From positions 157,427 to 221,426 of the forward strand of contig CAXRIU010000021.1 of assembly GCA_964231135.1 (NCBI GenBank): a DNA stretch of 64,000 nt, read 5' to 3'. A program made the position numbers and the translations under genes. Below are positions 48,431 through 59,185 of the stretch, in pieces. This DNA is from Bacteriovoracaceae bacterium. Lineage in GTDB: Bacteria > Bdellovibrionota > Bacteriovoracia > Bacteriovoracales > Bacteriovoracaceae. The first letter of the stretch is position 1. Each line of letters opens with the position of its first letter. The notes under the pieces were generated by a model. That model had not been told where the DNA came from and ran no database searches. It was given only the letters and a program-made list of their open reading frames with translations.

Positions 48431-48456
48431 GGCCTCTCTTGCGAGAGACCCTTTTT
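48431..48456. terminator. Bidirectional terminator between the second cheA and the convergent secreted-protein gene
   Basis: GGCCTCTC-TTGC-GAGAGACC (8-bp stem, one mismatch), flanked by an A-run upstream and CTTTTT downstream. Confidence 0.6.
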
Positions 48457-48474
48457 ACTTTTGCCGTTTAATAA

Positions 48475-49590
48475 TTATCTACCGAAGTCGCCATCGATCA
48501 TATTTTTAAAATTTCTTTCACCTTCGCTGCTACTAAATTCACCTGCAGAGTATTGTAGTTCTTCGTAGTTCCAATCAGTTTGAGTATATTTGTTTCTTCC
48601 GTCTTGAGCTGCTTCAGCTGTGTATGCGCTATAAGGTACCGCCATGATGTGGTTATATCCTGAGTCACCTAGAGCAAGTGACCTTAGGTCAATCTCGTTC
48701 CAGTAGTACATTGGAGCTTCTGTATAGTAACACCATTCACCTTCATGATCCTTATCAACATCTGCGATCGAATCAACTTTCTTACACTTCATGTCGATTC
48801 GCTCGTTATCTGCCATCCCTAGGTTTTTATATGTTTGCTTTAATTGATTAAGTTCTGCTGTATATTTGCTGATCTTTCTACTGCTAGAAGTTTTGCGAAT
48901 TTTTCCTTCAAGCTTTCTCATTTCATATTCAAGGTGACCTTTTCTAACATCCCATAAAATTTCACCTCTAACGGTTAAACCTTCTAGCCACTCTTCAGGT
49001 GATAGAGGTTTCTTTTGAAGATCCCATCTTTTATGCTCTAAAAACTCATCTGGACTAAGTACTTTTCCTTTAACAGTTCTTTCTGCATCAGTTAGTTGAC
49101 GGGCCTCTTCAATTGTAGGTACACCAGTTGCAAGTTTTAGTGATTTATCTAGAACAATTTTTTCTCCGTCTAGAGTCGTGATCATAGGAGCCACGTGATA
49201 ATCCCATGCGATGTTACTTTTAGCCATTCCAACTGACTTGTAATAAGCACCACTGTCACCAGCCGCATTGATTCTTGCTAATTTAGTCATCCAACCTCCA
49301 CCTTGTCCAAGGAGGTCTAGTTCTCTGTTGAATTTATCTGTATAATGAATAAAAATCTTAGTTGATTTAACTCCAAATCTTCTCTCTAGATTATAAGACC
49401 AAATATGGGCCCTTTTATAACAATCTTTATCATCGAGGTCAGTAGTCATTGAATCCCAAAAAGCTCCTTCGATATCTGATCTTGAATGCTCTGATGGAGT
49501 GTAGTTTTCCATAGGATTCATTGCTGTTGTTTGGTTTGCTTGTGCTAGTCCACTAGCTACGATTAATGCTGGCAAAAGTAGTTTTTTCAT
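48475..49590 (-). CDS. Secreted protein with a protein-glutamine-glutaminase-like Cys-His-Asp domain (tentative)
   Basis: Signal MKKLLLPALIVASGLAQA. DKDCYKRAHIWSY, AWDYHVAPMI and IVLDKSL resemble GCYARAHKM, AWSYHVAILV and IIDPSL of Chryseobacterium protein-glutaminase as I recall it. Confidence 0.4.
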   Translation of the reverse strand: MKKLLLPALIVASGLAQANQTTAMNPMENYTPSEHSRSDIEGAFWDSMTTDLDDKDCYKRAHIWSYNLERRFGVKSTKIFIHYTDKFNRELDLLGQGGGWMTKLARINAAGDSGAYYKSVGMAKSNIAWDYHVAPMITTLDGEKIVLDKSLKLATGVPTIEEARQLTDAERTVKGKVLSPDEFLEHKRWDLQKKPLSPEEWLEGLTVRGEILWDVRKGHLEYEMRKLEGKIRKTSSSRKISKYTAELNQLKQTYKNLGMADNERIDMKCKKVDSIADVDKDHEGEWCYYTEAPMYYWNEIDLRSLALGDSGYNHIMAVPYSAYTAEAAQDGRNKYTQTDWNYEELQYSAGEFSSSEGERNFKNMIDGDFGR

Positions 49591-49825
49591 TTAATACCCC
49601 TTTGAGTGGTAATGAAGTTAGTAAGTAATTATTTAAACTGCGAGAAGAGTTTTAGCACCGCGTCAAAAATAAGTCATTATTTATTTTGGGCACTGTGTAA
49701 AAAATATTGACACTTGATGTAAGTGTTTGAATTTGCTATGTAGAACTTAGAATACTTGAGCTGTAAGCTCATGTTAGTTGTATTTTTAACACTTAATTTT
49801 TATAAAATCCTCCGGGAGAATCAAT

Positions 49826-50746
49826 ATGAAGAGAGTATTTCTATTATTTTGCGTTTTGAGCGCCATAAACGTTCTAGCAGAAGAGGCTAAAACGACTATT
49901 ATTTATGGTGAGGATAACCGCCAAGATATCAATCAAGTTAACAACGATAAAATTAAACTTCTTTCTAAGTCAATTGCAGGGAGAGTTTTTAATTTTTCTT
50001 TCAACAAAGACGAAGATAAAAATAAGATCAGTTTTGATGAAGCGCCGACGCTATCAAGCCCTATGTCCGCAAAAGTTTGTAGTGATCAAAGATTTAAAGA
50101 TCAAAAAACAGCTGTTGATTGTACCGGATTTCTTGTTGGGGAAGACTTATTAGTGACAGCAGGACATTGTGTTGTCGATCACGGTCAGACTGCAGAGAAT
50201 GAAATCACTAGAGATTGTGCGGGTTCTTCTTGGTTGTTTGAATACACTTCTGAGTCAGATTTAAATAATGTAAATGTTGATGATGTATATGGGTGCAAAA
50301 AAGTTATCTTAGGTAAAAACCATGAGGTTGTTGATTTCGCACTTATTCAGCTGGATAGAAAAGTTGTGGGAAGAAAGCCATTGAAAATTGCAGAAAAAAA
50401 TATTTCATTGGCCCAAAAGATTTTTGTGATGGGGCACCCTTCAGGGCTTCCTCTTAAATACGCAGATGGTGCAAGAGTATTTGAAACTGAAGAAGCTTAT
50501 TTCGCAACTAACCTTGATACTTTTGGAGGAAACTCAGGTTCTCCTGTTTTCAATGCCGATACATTGGAAGTTGAAGGGATTCTAGTTCGTGGTGATACTG
50601 ATTACATCGTCTCTTTCGAAGATAATGGAGAGAGATGTCGTAAGGTTAATACTTGTGATAACGAAAGAGAAAACTGCCAAGAAGAAGATCCAAATATTCT
50701 TGGCGAGCATGTTACTTATATTAGTTTAATTAAAGATAGCCTTTAA
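49826..50746 (+). CDS. Secreted trypsin-fold (S1) serine endopeptidase
   Basis: Signal peptide. Catalytic triad contexts LVTAGHCV, DFALIQLD, GGNSGSPVF. Confidence 0.85.
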   Translation: MKRVFLLFCVLSAINVLAEEAKTTIIYGEDNRQDINQVNNDKIKLLSKSIAGRVFNFSFNKDEDKNKISFDEAPTLSSPMSAKVCSDQRFKDQKTAVDCTGFLVGEDLLVTAGHCVVDHGQTAENEITRDCAGSSWLFEYTSESDLNNVNVDDVYGCKKVILGKNHEVVDFALIQLDRKVVGRKPLKIAEKNISLAQKIFVMGHPSGLPLKYADGARVFETEEAYFATNLDTFGGNSGSPVFNADTLEVEGILVRGDTDYIVSFEDNGERCRKVNTCDNERENCQEEDPNILGEHVTYISLIKDSL

Positions 50747-50749
50747 GCG

Positions 50750-52099
50750 TTAGTTGGAGAGTGTGAGTCCAACGTCGATCACACTCTCTGACCTTATTAG
50801 TCCCGCCAAATCTTCTAACTTCACACCACCATTCATTATTTTTTCTTTAATCTGTTTATAATTATAATCAGGAAATTTTGTTTTAACTAAGGCAGCTAAC
50901 CCTGATACTAAGGGCGTGGCCATCGATGTTCCCATCTGTGAAACATATGGTGCTTCACTTTGATCACAAGGACCATAGCAATTAGGGATTGCTGCTGAAA
51001 GGAGTCCTCCACTGTAGCTATCACCACCTGGAGCTGCTATATCAACCGTCGCCCCACCAAAATTAGAGTAACTCGTTAAACCATTATATGAGTCGACTGC
51101 AGCTACTGATATCACATTGTCTTGATTGATGTTTGCTGGGTATACTGGAGCATTGTCATTACAGTCTCCAAGCCCATCAGAGCCACCATTGCCTGCAGCG
51201 GCAATGACTAAGACATCTTTTTCTTTTGCCAGTTTTACTGAGTTAATCATGCTTCTAATTTCATCATTTATTTGGGAACCGCCTTCACCACCTAAAGACA
51301 TATTAATGATATCTGCACCTTGATCTATGGCGTATAAAATACCTGCTGCAATGGTTCCAAGATCGCCGCGACCATCAGCTCCTAAAACTTTAATTGGTAG
51401 AATTTTAGCTTGTGGAGCTATACCAGAAACTGTGCTGGCCGCAAGACCAGCTACATGGGTACCGTGCCCATGATCGTCTAAAGGATAGGCGTCACCATTA
51501 TAAAAATCCCAACCGACATAATCATCTGCAAAACCGTTTCCATCATTGTCGCGACCATCTTCATTTGATCCATGCGGATCATTTGAATTTGTTTTTATAT
51601 TAGGACTTAGGTGAGGATGATTATAATAAACACCGGTATCTATTACTGCAATAACGGCAGCTTCACCTTGATTGTCCGCTCTGTCGGCATTAACTTGATC
51701 TAGATGAGAAAAATATCTTCCAGGATTTGAAGGTCTCCCTTGAATTGAGTGGGCACCATAGTAAGGATAGTCACCATAACTTTGGATATTGAAGTCACCC
51801 TCAACTAAAACCTCATTAAAGACCTTATTCACTTTGAAGTTTGATCTTGGAAGATGTTTTTTTAATTCATCCATGGAGATACCAATATATTCTATAATCT
51901 TTCTTTTTTCATTGATGACTCGAAATGAAATACCCAGCTTGGCGGAAAGTTGTTCAGCTTGAGCCTTAGATGTACAACTTGCAATAATTCCTGCCTCGTT
52001 TTGAGAGCGTGGGGCACTGTTTTTTTCGCCAATGCCTTTTCCGCATGAAATTAATAATAAAAGACAGCCTAAAACCGTCAGGTTCGAATTCCGTTTCAT
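50750..52099 (-). CDS. Subtilisin-family (S8) serine protease lipoprotein
   Basis: The internal ATG at 52099 gives MKRNSNLTVLGCLLLLISC (lipobox LISC). Catalytic contexts AVIDTGV, HGHGTHVAG, GTSMATP. Confidence 0.9.
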   Translation of the reverse strand: MKRNSNLTVLGCLLLLISCGKGIGEKNSAPRSQNEAGIIASCTSKAQAEQLSAKLGISFRVINEKRKIIEYIGISMDELKKHLPRSNFKVNKVFNEVLVEGDFNIQSYGDYPYYGAHSIQGRPSNPGRYFSHLDQVNADRADNQGEAAVIAVIDTGVYYNHPHLSPNIKTNSNDPHGSNEDGRDNDGNGFADDYVGWDFYNGDAYPLDDHGHGTHVAGLAASTVSGIAPQAKILPIKVLGADGRGDLGTIAAGILYAIDQGADIINMSLGGEGGSQINDEIRSMINSVKLAKEKDVLVIAAAGNGGSDGLGDCNDNAPVYPANINQDNVISVAAVDSYNGLTSYSNFGGATVDIAAPGGDSYSGGLLSAAIPNCYGPCDQSEAPYVSQMGTSMATPLVSGLAALVKTKFPDYNYKQIKEKIMNGGVKLEDLAGLIRSESVIDVGLTLSN

Positions 52100-52275
52100 A
52101 AGCACCTCTTGTGATCGATCTTCCTGATCGACACCCATAATTTAGCAAGTTCCGTACCAACAATGGAAGCGGGAAAACGACGACTTGCGCAAGACTATTG
52201 GGCTCTAGTGCCATTTTGGGGTGACAAAAGAGTGACAAGCTTTGCGAAGCTATTGAAATTGGGTATAAATGCTGT

Positions 52276-55071
52276 ATGGATCAGATTCAGATAAATGGCG
52301 CAAAAGTTCACAATTTACAAAACATCAGCATAGATATTCCTAGAAATAAGTTAACTGTAATCACAGGGCCTTCTGGTTCGGGAAAATCATCTTTAGCTTT
52401 TGATACACTATACGCTGAAGGACAGAGGCGTTATATTGAGTCGCTCTCTAGTTATGCCAGACAGTTTCTAGGACAAATGGAGCCACCTGATGTGGAGAGT
52501 ATTTCTGGTCTTAGCCCCGCCATCGCTATTGACCAAAAGTCCACCAGTAAAAACCCGCGTTCAACTGTGGGGACGATTACAGAGATCTACGATTACCTAA
52601 GAGTATTGTTTGCGAGAGTCGGAGATGCTTTTTGTCCACTTACAGGTGATAGTTTGGAAGCTCAAAGTGCAGAGCAGATTGTAAAAAAATTAATGGAAAA
52701 AAAAGCTGGGACGAAATTACAGATACTGGCTCCAGTGATTCGCGATCAAAAAGGTGAGCATAGGGATCTTATTCAAAAGTATATGTCTTTTGGTTTTTCT
52801 AAAGCTCGAGCCAATGGAAAATTAACCACCCTTGATGATGATTTACAGCTGCATAAAACGAAAAAAAATAATCTAGATATCATCATCGATCGTATTGTTG
52901 TTAAAGATGGAATCAAGACAAGGCTTACGGACTCAGTTGAGCAGGCTTTGAAATTTGGAGAAGGTCATTTGTATGTGCTTGTAGATGATCAAGAAGAATT
53001 TTACAGTGAGCATTTATACTCACCAAGTTCAGGCATATCATATCCAGCTCTTGAGCCAAGGCTTTTTTCTTTTAATTCACCTCTAGGAGCCTGTGAGGAA
53101 TGTAACGGCTTAGGTGAGACTAAGGTTTTTGACCGAGATAAATATGTCCTAGATGAGAACCTTTCTTTTGCTGATGGAGCGATATTAGCTCTAGGAAAAC
53201 ACGGTAGTTTTTATTACCAGATGGTTCGCTGCATTTTAGAAGAAGAAGGAGTGGACCTGAATCGACCTCTTAATAAATGGCCTGCAAAAATACGTAAAAT
53301 TATTTTTGAAGGAAGTGATAAAGAGTATACCTATAAATTTGAGTCTGAAAATTCTAGTTATCAATTTACAAAAGCTTTCGCTGGCCTTGATGCTTGGCTT
53401 GATAAAAAATACCGTGAAAGTGCCTCGGATAAAGTTCGCTCAGATCTTGAGCAATTCATGAATATCCAAACTTGTCCTAAATGTGAAGGAAAGAGATTAA
53501 ACCCTTATGCCCTAGCAGTAAAAATTGGTGATAAAGGTATTATGGAGATCTGTGAATTCTCCATCGAAGATGCTCATCATTTTTTTCAAGGTTTAAGTTT
53601 TGAAGGGCATAAAAAAATCATAGCCGTAAAACTGTTAAAAGAGATTCAAAATAGGCTTAAGTTTTTAGTGGATGTTGGTCTGACATATTTAACCATTAAT
53701 AGAGCTGCTAACTCTTTATCAGGGGGAGAATCCCAGCGAATTAGACTAGCTACGCAAATTGGGTCAGCTCTTTCAGGCGTGCTTTATGTTTTGGATGAGC
53801 CAAGTATAGGCCTTCATCAAAGAGATAATGATAAGCTTATTCAGACTTTAATAAATCTGCGAGACCTGGGAAATACAGTCATTGTAGTGGAACACGATGA
53901 AGATACTATGCTTGCAAGTGATTATCTTATTGATATTGGACCGGGAGCTGGTATTCACGGAGGAAAGATTGTCGCCAAAGGTAACCCAAAGGAAGTTTTA
54001 AAAGCTAAAACAGTAACAGCTGATTTTCTCGCGGGTAGGCAAAAGATTGCGATTCCAGAAACAAGAAGAGAATTAACTGATACTTTGAAGTTAAAAGGTG
54101 TAACAAAAAATAATTTAAAAAACTTAGAAGTAGAAATTCCGATTAGGGGCCTCGTGACAATTACTGGTGTCTCAGGTTCCGGAAAATCAACACTCGTACA
54201 CAGCGCACTTGTTCCAGCTGTTAAAAACTATCTCGCAAAAAAGCATCCAAGTAATACTTGTTATAAAAGTATCACTGGGGTTTCAAAAATAGATCAGGTC
54301 ATCGAAATTGATCAAAGCCCGATAGGAAAAACCCCAAAATCTAACCCAGCTACTTACACTAAATTATTTGATCAAATTCGCGCCCTCTATGCCAATACCA
54401 ATGAAGCCAAGATTCGAGGCTATAAGCAGGGAAGATTCAGCTTTAATGTAAAAGGTGGAAGATGTGAAACCTGCGAAGGAAATGGACAGTTAAAAGTTGA
54501 GATGAGTTTTCTACCCGATGTATACGTGACTTGTACAGACTGTCTCGGTCAGCGCTATAACGAGGAAACTTTAAATATAACTTACAGAGGAAAAAATATC
54601 GCTGAGGTTCTCAATATGTCGATTGAAGAGGCGAGGGACTTTTTTAAAAACCATAAAAAAATTCACCGCGCTCTCGATACACTTTTTTCAGTTGGACTTG
54701 GGTATATTAAACTTGGTCAAAGCTCTACGACTCTCTCTGGAGGTGAAGCTCAAAGACTTAAGCTTTCAAGAGAGCTTTCTAAAGCAACCAGAGGCCATTG
54801 CTTGTATGTACTCGATGAGCCTACCACTGGACTTCATTTTAAAGATATCAAAGTTCTTCTAGATGCCCTCGAACGATTAATTGAACAAGGTCATTCCGTA
54901 TTGGTTATTGAACATAATATGGATGTCATAAAAGTGAGTGACCATATTATAGACCTGGGACCTGAAGGTGGAGTCAATGGTGGAGAGATCGTAACTCAGG
55001 GGACTCCTGAAGAAGTTGCTAAAGAAAAAAAATCACTAACTGGAAAATATCTTAAAAAGGTTTTGAAATGA
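52276..55071 (+). CDS. uvrA: Excinuclease ABC subunit A
   Basis: 931 aa with two ABC modules ([29 protein letters not shown] x2) and zinc-finger Cys clusters. Confidence 0.97.
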   Translation: MDQIQINGAKVHNLQNISIDIPRNKLTVITGPSGSGKSSLAFDTLYAEGQRRYIESLSSYARQFLGQMEPPDVESISGLSPAIAIDQKSTSKNPRSTVGTITEIYDYLRVLFARVGDAFCPLTGDSLEAQSAEQIVKKLMEKKAGTKLQILAPVIRDQKGEHRDLIQKYMSFGFSKARANGKLTTLDDDLQLHKTKKNNLDIIIDRIVVKDGIKTRLTDSVEQALKFGEGHLYVLVDDQEEFYSEHLYSPSSGISYPALEPRLFSFNSPLGACEECNGLGETKVFDRDKYVLDENLSFADGAILALGKHGSFYYQMVRCILEEEGVDLNRPLNKWPAKIRKIIFEGSDKEYTYKFESENSSYQFTKAFAGLDAWLDKKYRESASDKVRSDLEQFMNIQTCPKCEGKRLNPYALAVKIGDKGIMEICEFSIEDAHHFFQGLSFEGHKKIIAVKLLKEIQNRLKFLVDVGLTYLTINRAANSLSGGESQRIRLATQIGSALSGVLYVLDEPSIGLHQRDNDKLIQTLINLRDLGNTVIVVEHDEDTMLASDYLIDIGPGAGIHGGKIVAKGNPKEVLKAKTVTADFLAGRQKIAIPETRRELTDTLKLKGVTKNNLKNLEVEIPIRGLVTITGVSGSGKSTLVHSALVPAVKNYLAKKHPSNTCYKSITGVSKIDQVIEIDQSPIGKTPKSNPATYTKLFDQIRALYANTNEAKIRGYKQGRFSFNVKGGRCETCEGNGQLKVEMSFLPDVYVTCTDCLGQRYNEETLNITYRGKNIAEVLNMSIEEARDFFKNHKKIHRALDTLFSVGLGYIKLGQSSTTLSGGEAQRLKLSRELSKATRGHCLYVLDEPTTGLHFKDIKVLLDALERLIEQGHSVLVIEHNMDVIKVSDHIIDLGPEGGVNGGEIVTQGTPEEVAKEKKSLTGKYLKKVLK

Positions 55072-56372
55072 AGTTATTAATCAAAAACGCTAAGACTATT
55101 AAAGCTCTCTTAGGAGAAGAGTCAGAGCAAGAAGTCATCGTAAATCTTGCAATCGATGGGAATAAAATTTCAAAAGTTAGTGAGACGGAAATCTCTGGTG
55201 ACTTTGATCGCATCATTGATGCCAAAGGCTTTTTTCTCTCGCCTGGTCTGGTTGATCCTCAAGTACATTTCAGAGAACCAGGAATGGAATATAAGGAAGA
55301 TATTGAATCGGGGAGCCGTGCTGCCATTAAAGGCGGTTTTACTACCGTCATCTCTATGCCAAATACTTCTCCCACTGCTGATAAGGCCGAGGTTGTGGCC
55401 AGGATGTGGAAAAGGTCGCAGGAAGTGGGACTTTGTAAAGTCTACCCAACTGGTGCCGTGAGCTTTGGTTTAAAAGGAGAGAGCATTACTGACTTCGCTT
55501 CTTTGAAAGAGGCAGGTGCAATTGCATTAACGGATGATGGTAAAGGGGTTCAAAATGATGACCTTTTTAGGCAAGCACTTATTGAAGCGAAAAAAGTGGA
55601 CCTTCCAGTTCTAGATCACTCTGAAGATGAATCTCTTTCGCTTGGAGGAGCTATTCATGCTGGAGAGGTTTCAAGAAAGTATAATATCAAAGGAATTGAT
55701 TCAAACTCTGAAGCTGTTCATGTGGAGAGAGGCTGTCAAATGAGCGAAGAGACGGGAGGACATTATCATGTTCTTCATGTTTCCACCGCTAGATCGATTG
55801 AAGCCATTAGAAAGGCTAAAGCTAAAGGTGTAAGAGTCACTGTGGAAGTTTCACCACACCACCTTCTTTTATGTGATGAAGATATACCAGAAAGAGAAGA
55901 TGGAAGCCTAAATCCCAATTGGAAAATGAATCCACCATTAAGGTCGAAGGAAGATAGAGAGGCCTGTCAAAAAGCACTTCTAGATGGAACTATAGATGCG
56001 ATTGCAACCGATCACGCTCCCCATGCTCCGGACGAAAAAAAACAGCCAATTGAAAAAGCACCTTTTGGAATTATTGGTCTTGAGACTGCTTTTCCTCTGG
56101 TTTATACCAATTTTGTTAAAACAGGTAAGCTAAGCCTTCGTAAATGTATAGATCTCATGAGTAAAAATGCCGGTGGTTTGTTTAAATTAGACTGTGGCGT
56201 TATAAAAGAGGGCTCTTTAGCGGATCTCGTGTTGTTTGATCTAGAAAATTCCTTTACAGTTAAAGAGAGCTTTTTTGCATCGAAATCCAAAAATTCGCCT
56301 TTTATTGGGCACGAATTATATGGAGAAACAAAATTAACTATCATGGAAGGTAAAATTGTCTTTGAAAATTGA
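55068..56372 (+). CDS. pyrC: Dihydroorotase
   Basis: DPQVHFREPG, HVLHVST, ATDHAPH. 434 aa amidohydrolase. Start overlaps the uvrA stop. Confidence 0.85.
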   Translation: MKLLIKNAKTIKALLGEESEQEVIVNLAIDGNKISKVSETEISGDFDRIIDAKGFFLSPGLVDPQVHFREPGMEYKEDIESGSRAAIKGGFTTVISMPNTSPTADKAEVVARMWKRSQEVGLCKVYPTGAVSFGLKGESITDFASLKEAGAIALTDDGKGVQNDDLFRQALIEAKKVDLPVLDHSEDESLSLGGAIHAGEVSRKYNIKGIDSNSEAVHVERGCQMSEETGGHYHVLHVSTARSIEAIRKAKAKGVRVTVEVSPHHLLLCDEDIPEREDGSLNPNWKMNPPLRSKEDREACQKALLDGTIDAIATDHAPHAPDEKKQPIEKAPFGIIGLETAFPLVYTNFVKTGKLSLRKCIDLMSKNAGGLFKLDCGVIKEGSLADLVLFDLENSFTVKESFFASKSKNSPFIGHELYGETKLTIMEGKIVFEN

Positions 56373-56373
56373 A

Positions 56374-56787
56374 ATGAATCCCATACTTGAAAAAGCTTTT
56401 GAAAAAGCAAAGTCTGCTAGAGAAAATGCACAGGCCGAATATTCCAAAGTGAAAGTTGGAGCTGCTATTAAATTAAAGGGTAGCGATGAAATTTACTCCG
56501 GTTCGAACGTTGAATATGTGGTCAATGGTATTTCTGTTTGTGCTGAGAGATCGGCAATTAGCCATGCTGTTACCATGCAAGGAAAGCCGGATATAGAATA
56601 TGTGGTGGTGTGCTCAAACACTGATCCTGTTCTTTACCCATGTGGCGTTTGTATGCAGGCCCTCTCTGAGTTTTGCACCCCTGAGCTTGATATTTATATT
56701 GCTAATCCAAATGGGATTCAGGAAAGAGTTAAGTTTAAAGAGATATTTACTCATCAATATGCCACTCTTCCTAAGGTATTAGATTAA
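56374..56787 (+). CDS. cdd: Cytidine deaminase
   Basis: CAERSAI and PCGVCMQ zinc motifs. ATG 56374 lies just after the pyrC stop; the track's start at 56356 overlaps pyrC. Confidence 0.85.
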   Translation: MNPILEKAFEKAKSARENAQAEYSKVKVGAAIKLKGSDEIYSGSNVEYVVNGISVCAERSAISHAVTMQGKPDIEYVVVCSNTDPVLYPCGVCMQALSEFCTPELDIYIANPNGIQERVKFKEIFTHQYATLPKVLD

Positions 56788-56790
56788 TTC

Positions 56791-58797
56791 ATGGCCCTTT
56801 ATTACCAGGTCGCAGTCAATATACCGATAAAAAATAGTGTCTATACTTATAAGTCAGATCAAGAGTTCATGCCTGGAGACTTAGTGGAAATTCCGCTAGG
56901 AAAGAGAACCTCTCAAGGTGTTATTTTAGGAATCACCCCTCCAGAAAAGAACGATGAACTCGATGGCGTTAATATAAAGTTGATTAAAGGAAAAATAGAA
57001 AACTCTTTTCGCCTCACCCAAATTGAGCGCGAGATGTATGGTTGGATGAGCCGTTATTATCATTACTCATACGGTAAGTTGATCTTTGATTGTCTTCCCA
57101 AGATTTTAAAACGTCCTAGGAAACCTGAGTTTACTCAAGGCCAAAATAAAGCGCTCGAATTCGAATTAAATACCCAGCAGAAACATATTTTTGATCAGAT
57201 CTCTGCTGCTAAAGAGGAAGGGTTTTCTCAGCATTATATCCATGGGGTTACTGGCTCTGGAAAGTCAGTTGTCTATCTAGAACTTATGAAAGAGGCTATT
57301 GCCGCCGGCCAGTCGGTTCAATTTTTATTACCGGAAATTAATCTTACTCCCCAGTTTACCGAGTTTTTTACTGAGCACTTAGATTGTCCAATTTTCACTT
57401 ATCACTCAGGGGTAACTCCCTCTGAAAAATATAATATTTGGAAAGAGCTGCATGAAGGTGACAGACCTGTACTTATTATGGGAGTGCGAAGTTCAATTTT
57501 TCTTCCTGTTAAAAAATTAGGACTGGTCATTGTCGATGAAGAGCATGATCAAAGTTTCAAACAAACTGATCGCTGTCCCTATAATGGAAGAGATGTGGCG
57601 ATTAAAAAAGCGCAATTGCATAATTGTAGGGTTGTGCTTGGATCCGCCACTCCGGCAGTAGAGAATTTCAAAAATTTCCAAGAAGAAAGTGCTAACCGCA
57701 GTTATTACACTCTGACAGAGAGGGCCGCTGGTGGGAATCTACCTGAGTTGGTTCTACTTGATACAAAAGATCGCTTTAAAGAAAATGATCCGGCCTGGCC
57801 ATTTTTAGATGAGACACTGGATTTAATTAATGAGCATGTCGATAGAGGAGAACAAGTTCTCGTTTTTATCAATAAGCTTGGTTACTCTCAATACATTCAG
57901 TGCCGTCATTGTGGGCATCAATTTGTGAATGAAAATTGTGGCTGCCAAAATAACCTTCGCTATTTTAAAAAGAAAAACCTCCTTAGTTGTGCCCATTGTG
58001 AATTTAAAATGCCTATGCCACAGAGTTGTCCTGAATGTGGGAATATGACTTTGATGAATAAGGGCTTTGGAACGGAAAAAGTTCAGGATGTTCTACAGGC
58101 AGTTTATCCAAAGATGAGAATTGGTCGGTTTGATCGCGATGAAATTAAGACTGTAAAAGACCTCACAGAGGTATTAGAAAAATTTCACAACCATGAACTA
58201 GATGTCTTTGTGGGGACTCAGATGCTCGCAAAAGGACATAATTTTAAACGAGTAAATTTAGTTGTGGTGCTTGGGCTTGATTCAATGCTGAACTACGCTG
58301 ATTTTCGTGCGCAGGAAAGAACTTATCAACTTTTAGAGCAGGTTGCCGGAAGGGCAGGTCGTTATAGTGAGGGTGCTAAAGTTGTGGTTCAAACCATGAA
58401 CGGCCACAACACTATTTTCCAGATGATTAAAGCCCATAGCTTTGATGGCTTTTTTAAGGAAGAGCTTCTATTACGTGAGCTTTGCCAATGCCCGCCTTAC
58501 ACTAAGATGGCGATGATCTTTTTCAGTTGTCGGTTCAGAGATAATTTAGTGCGCGAGATTTCTCAAGTGAGTTTGAATCTGCAAAAGACTATTGATCAGC
58601 ATTTGCCAGCTGTGAGGTTACTTGGGCCTGCACCTTTAAATATTGAAAAGAAAGCTAATCAGTTTACCTGGGGAATTATGCTTAAGACTAGTGAAGCGGG
58701 ACAGCTGCATCAATTATTATCGAGTTTTGAGCAGAACTATCAAAAACCGCCCAATATAAGTTTCAAAATAGACGTGGATCCCCTGCAAGTTCTCTAA
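56791..58797 (+). CDS. priA: Primosomal protein N' (replication restart helicase PriA)
   Basis: GVTGSGKS, VDEEHD, Cys-rich zinc region CRHCGH...CPECG. 668 aa. Confidence 0.95.
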   Translation: MALYYQVAVNIPIKNSVYTYKSDQEFMPGDLVEIPLGKRTSQGVILGITPPEKNDELDGVNIKLIKGKIENSFRLTQIEREMYGWMSRYYHYSYGKLIFDCLPKILKRPRKPEFTQGQNKALEFELNTQQKHIFDQISAAKEEGFSQHYIHGVTGSGKSVVYLELMKEAIAAGQSVQFLLPEINLTPQFTEFFTEHLDCPIFTYHSGVTPSEKYNIWKELHEGDRPVLIMGVRSSIFLPVKKLGLVIVDEEHDQSFKQTDRCPYNGRDVAIKKAQLHNCRVVLGSATPAVENFKNFQEESANRSYYTLTERAAGGNLPELVLLDTKDRFKENDPAWPFLDETLDLINEHVDRGEQVLVFINKLGYSQYIQCRHCGHQFVNENCGCQNNLRYFKKKNLLSCAHCEFKMPMPQSCPECGNMTLMNKGFGTEKVQDVLQAVYPKMRIGRFDRDEIKTVKDLTEVLEKFHNHELDVFVGTQMLAKGHNFKRVNLVVVLGLDSMLNYADFRAQERTYQLLEQVAGRAGRYSEGAKVVVQTMNGHNTIFQMIKAHSFDGFFKEELLLRELCQCPPYTKMAMIFFSCRFRDNLVREISQVSLNLQKTIDQHLPAVRLLGPAPLNIEKKANQFTWGIMLKTSEAGQLHQLLSSFEQNYQKPPNISFKIDVDPLQVL

Positions 58798-58798
58798 C

Positions 58799-59044
58799 TT
58801 AAGGGAGCGGATCATGCCCACCGCCGTGGAAGGGATGACATTTGGAAATCCTCTTAACTGTTAAATAGATTGCTTTTGGTATAGAGAATTTTTCAAATGC
58901 CTCAAGTGCATACTGAGAGCATGTTGGCTGAAAACGACATCTCGGGCCCAGGAGAGGTGAGATCGCAAGTCGATAGAATTTAATCATCATGATGAAGGGC
59001 CAGCGCATAGGCTGCATCCTAGTGCGATAAAACTTTCCTGACAA
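58799..59044 (-). CDS. yidD: Membrane protein insertion efficiency factor YidD
   Basis: FYRLAISPLLGPRCRFQPTCSQYALEA...HPFHGGGHDPLP. Confidence 0.85.
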   Translation of the reverse strand: MSGKFYRTRMQPMRWPFIMMIKFYRLAISPLLGPRCRFQPTCSQYALEAFEKFSIPKAIYLTVKRISKCHPFHGGGHDPLP

Positions 59045-59140
59045 GCTAAGAATAATGCTAGACAGTGATAATAAGGTAGTGCAATTGAGGTATAATAGCA
59101 GTAACTTAACGTATCGCAGGTCCTGCTAGAACTCGGTTTG

Positions 59141-59170
59141 ACCTTTGCTGAACCTTTGCTAGACCTTTGC
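59141..59170 (+). repeat. Three direct repeats of ACCTTTGC at exact 11-bp phasing upstream of folE2
   Basis: ACCTTTGC at 59141, 59152 and 59163, ending 15 nt before ATG 59186 and just upstream of SD AGAGGAG. Confidence 0.85.
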
Positions 59171-59185
59171 AACAGAGGAGTAAAT

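Noticed and set aside
52081-52099. GGTTCGAAT, a tRNA T-loop-like word.
   Set aside because: The flanking bases do not form a T stem or acceptor stem, and it lies in the signal-peptide coding region of the S8 protease gene.
52139-52275. A search for an SOS/LexA box upstream of uvrA, and for a Zur box upstream of folE2 (59045-59185).
   Set aside because: No palindrome resembling the LexA boxes I know (CTGT-N8-ACAG, or the TTAC-N3-GTAA reported for Bdellovibrio), and no AT-rich Zur palindrome. Only a GTGAC-N6-GTGAC direct repeat was seen before uvrA, which is too short to interpret.
58987-59172. 61-aa minus-strand ORF covering the folE2 upstream repeat array.
   Set aside because: It overlaps the yidD start and the intergenic repeats, is Cys/Ser-rich with low complexity, and is more plausibly non-coding regulatory DNA.
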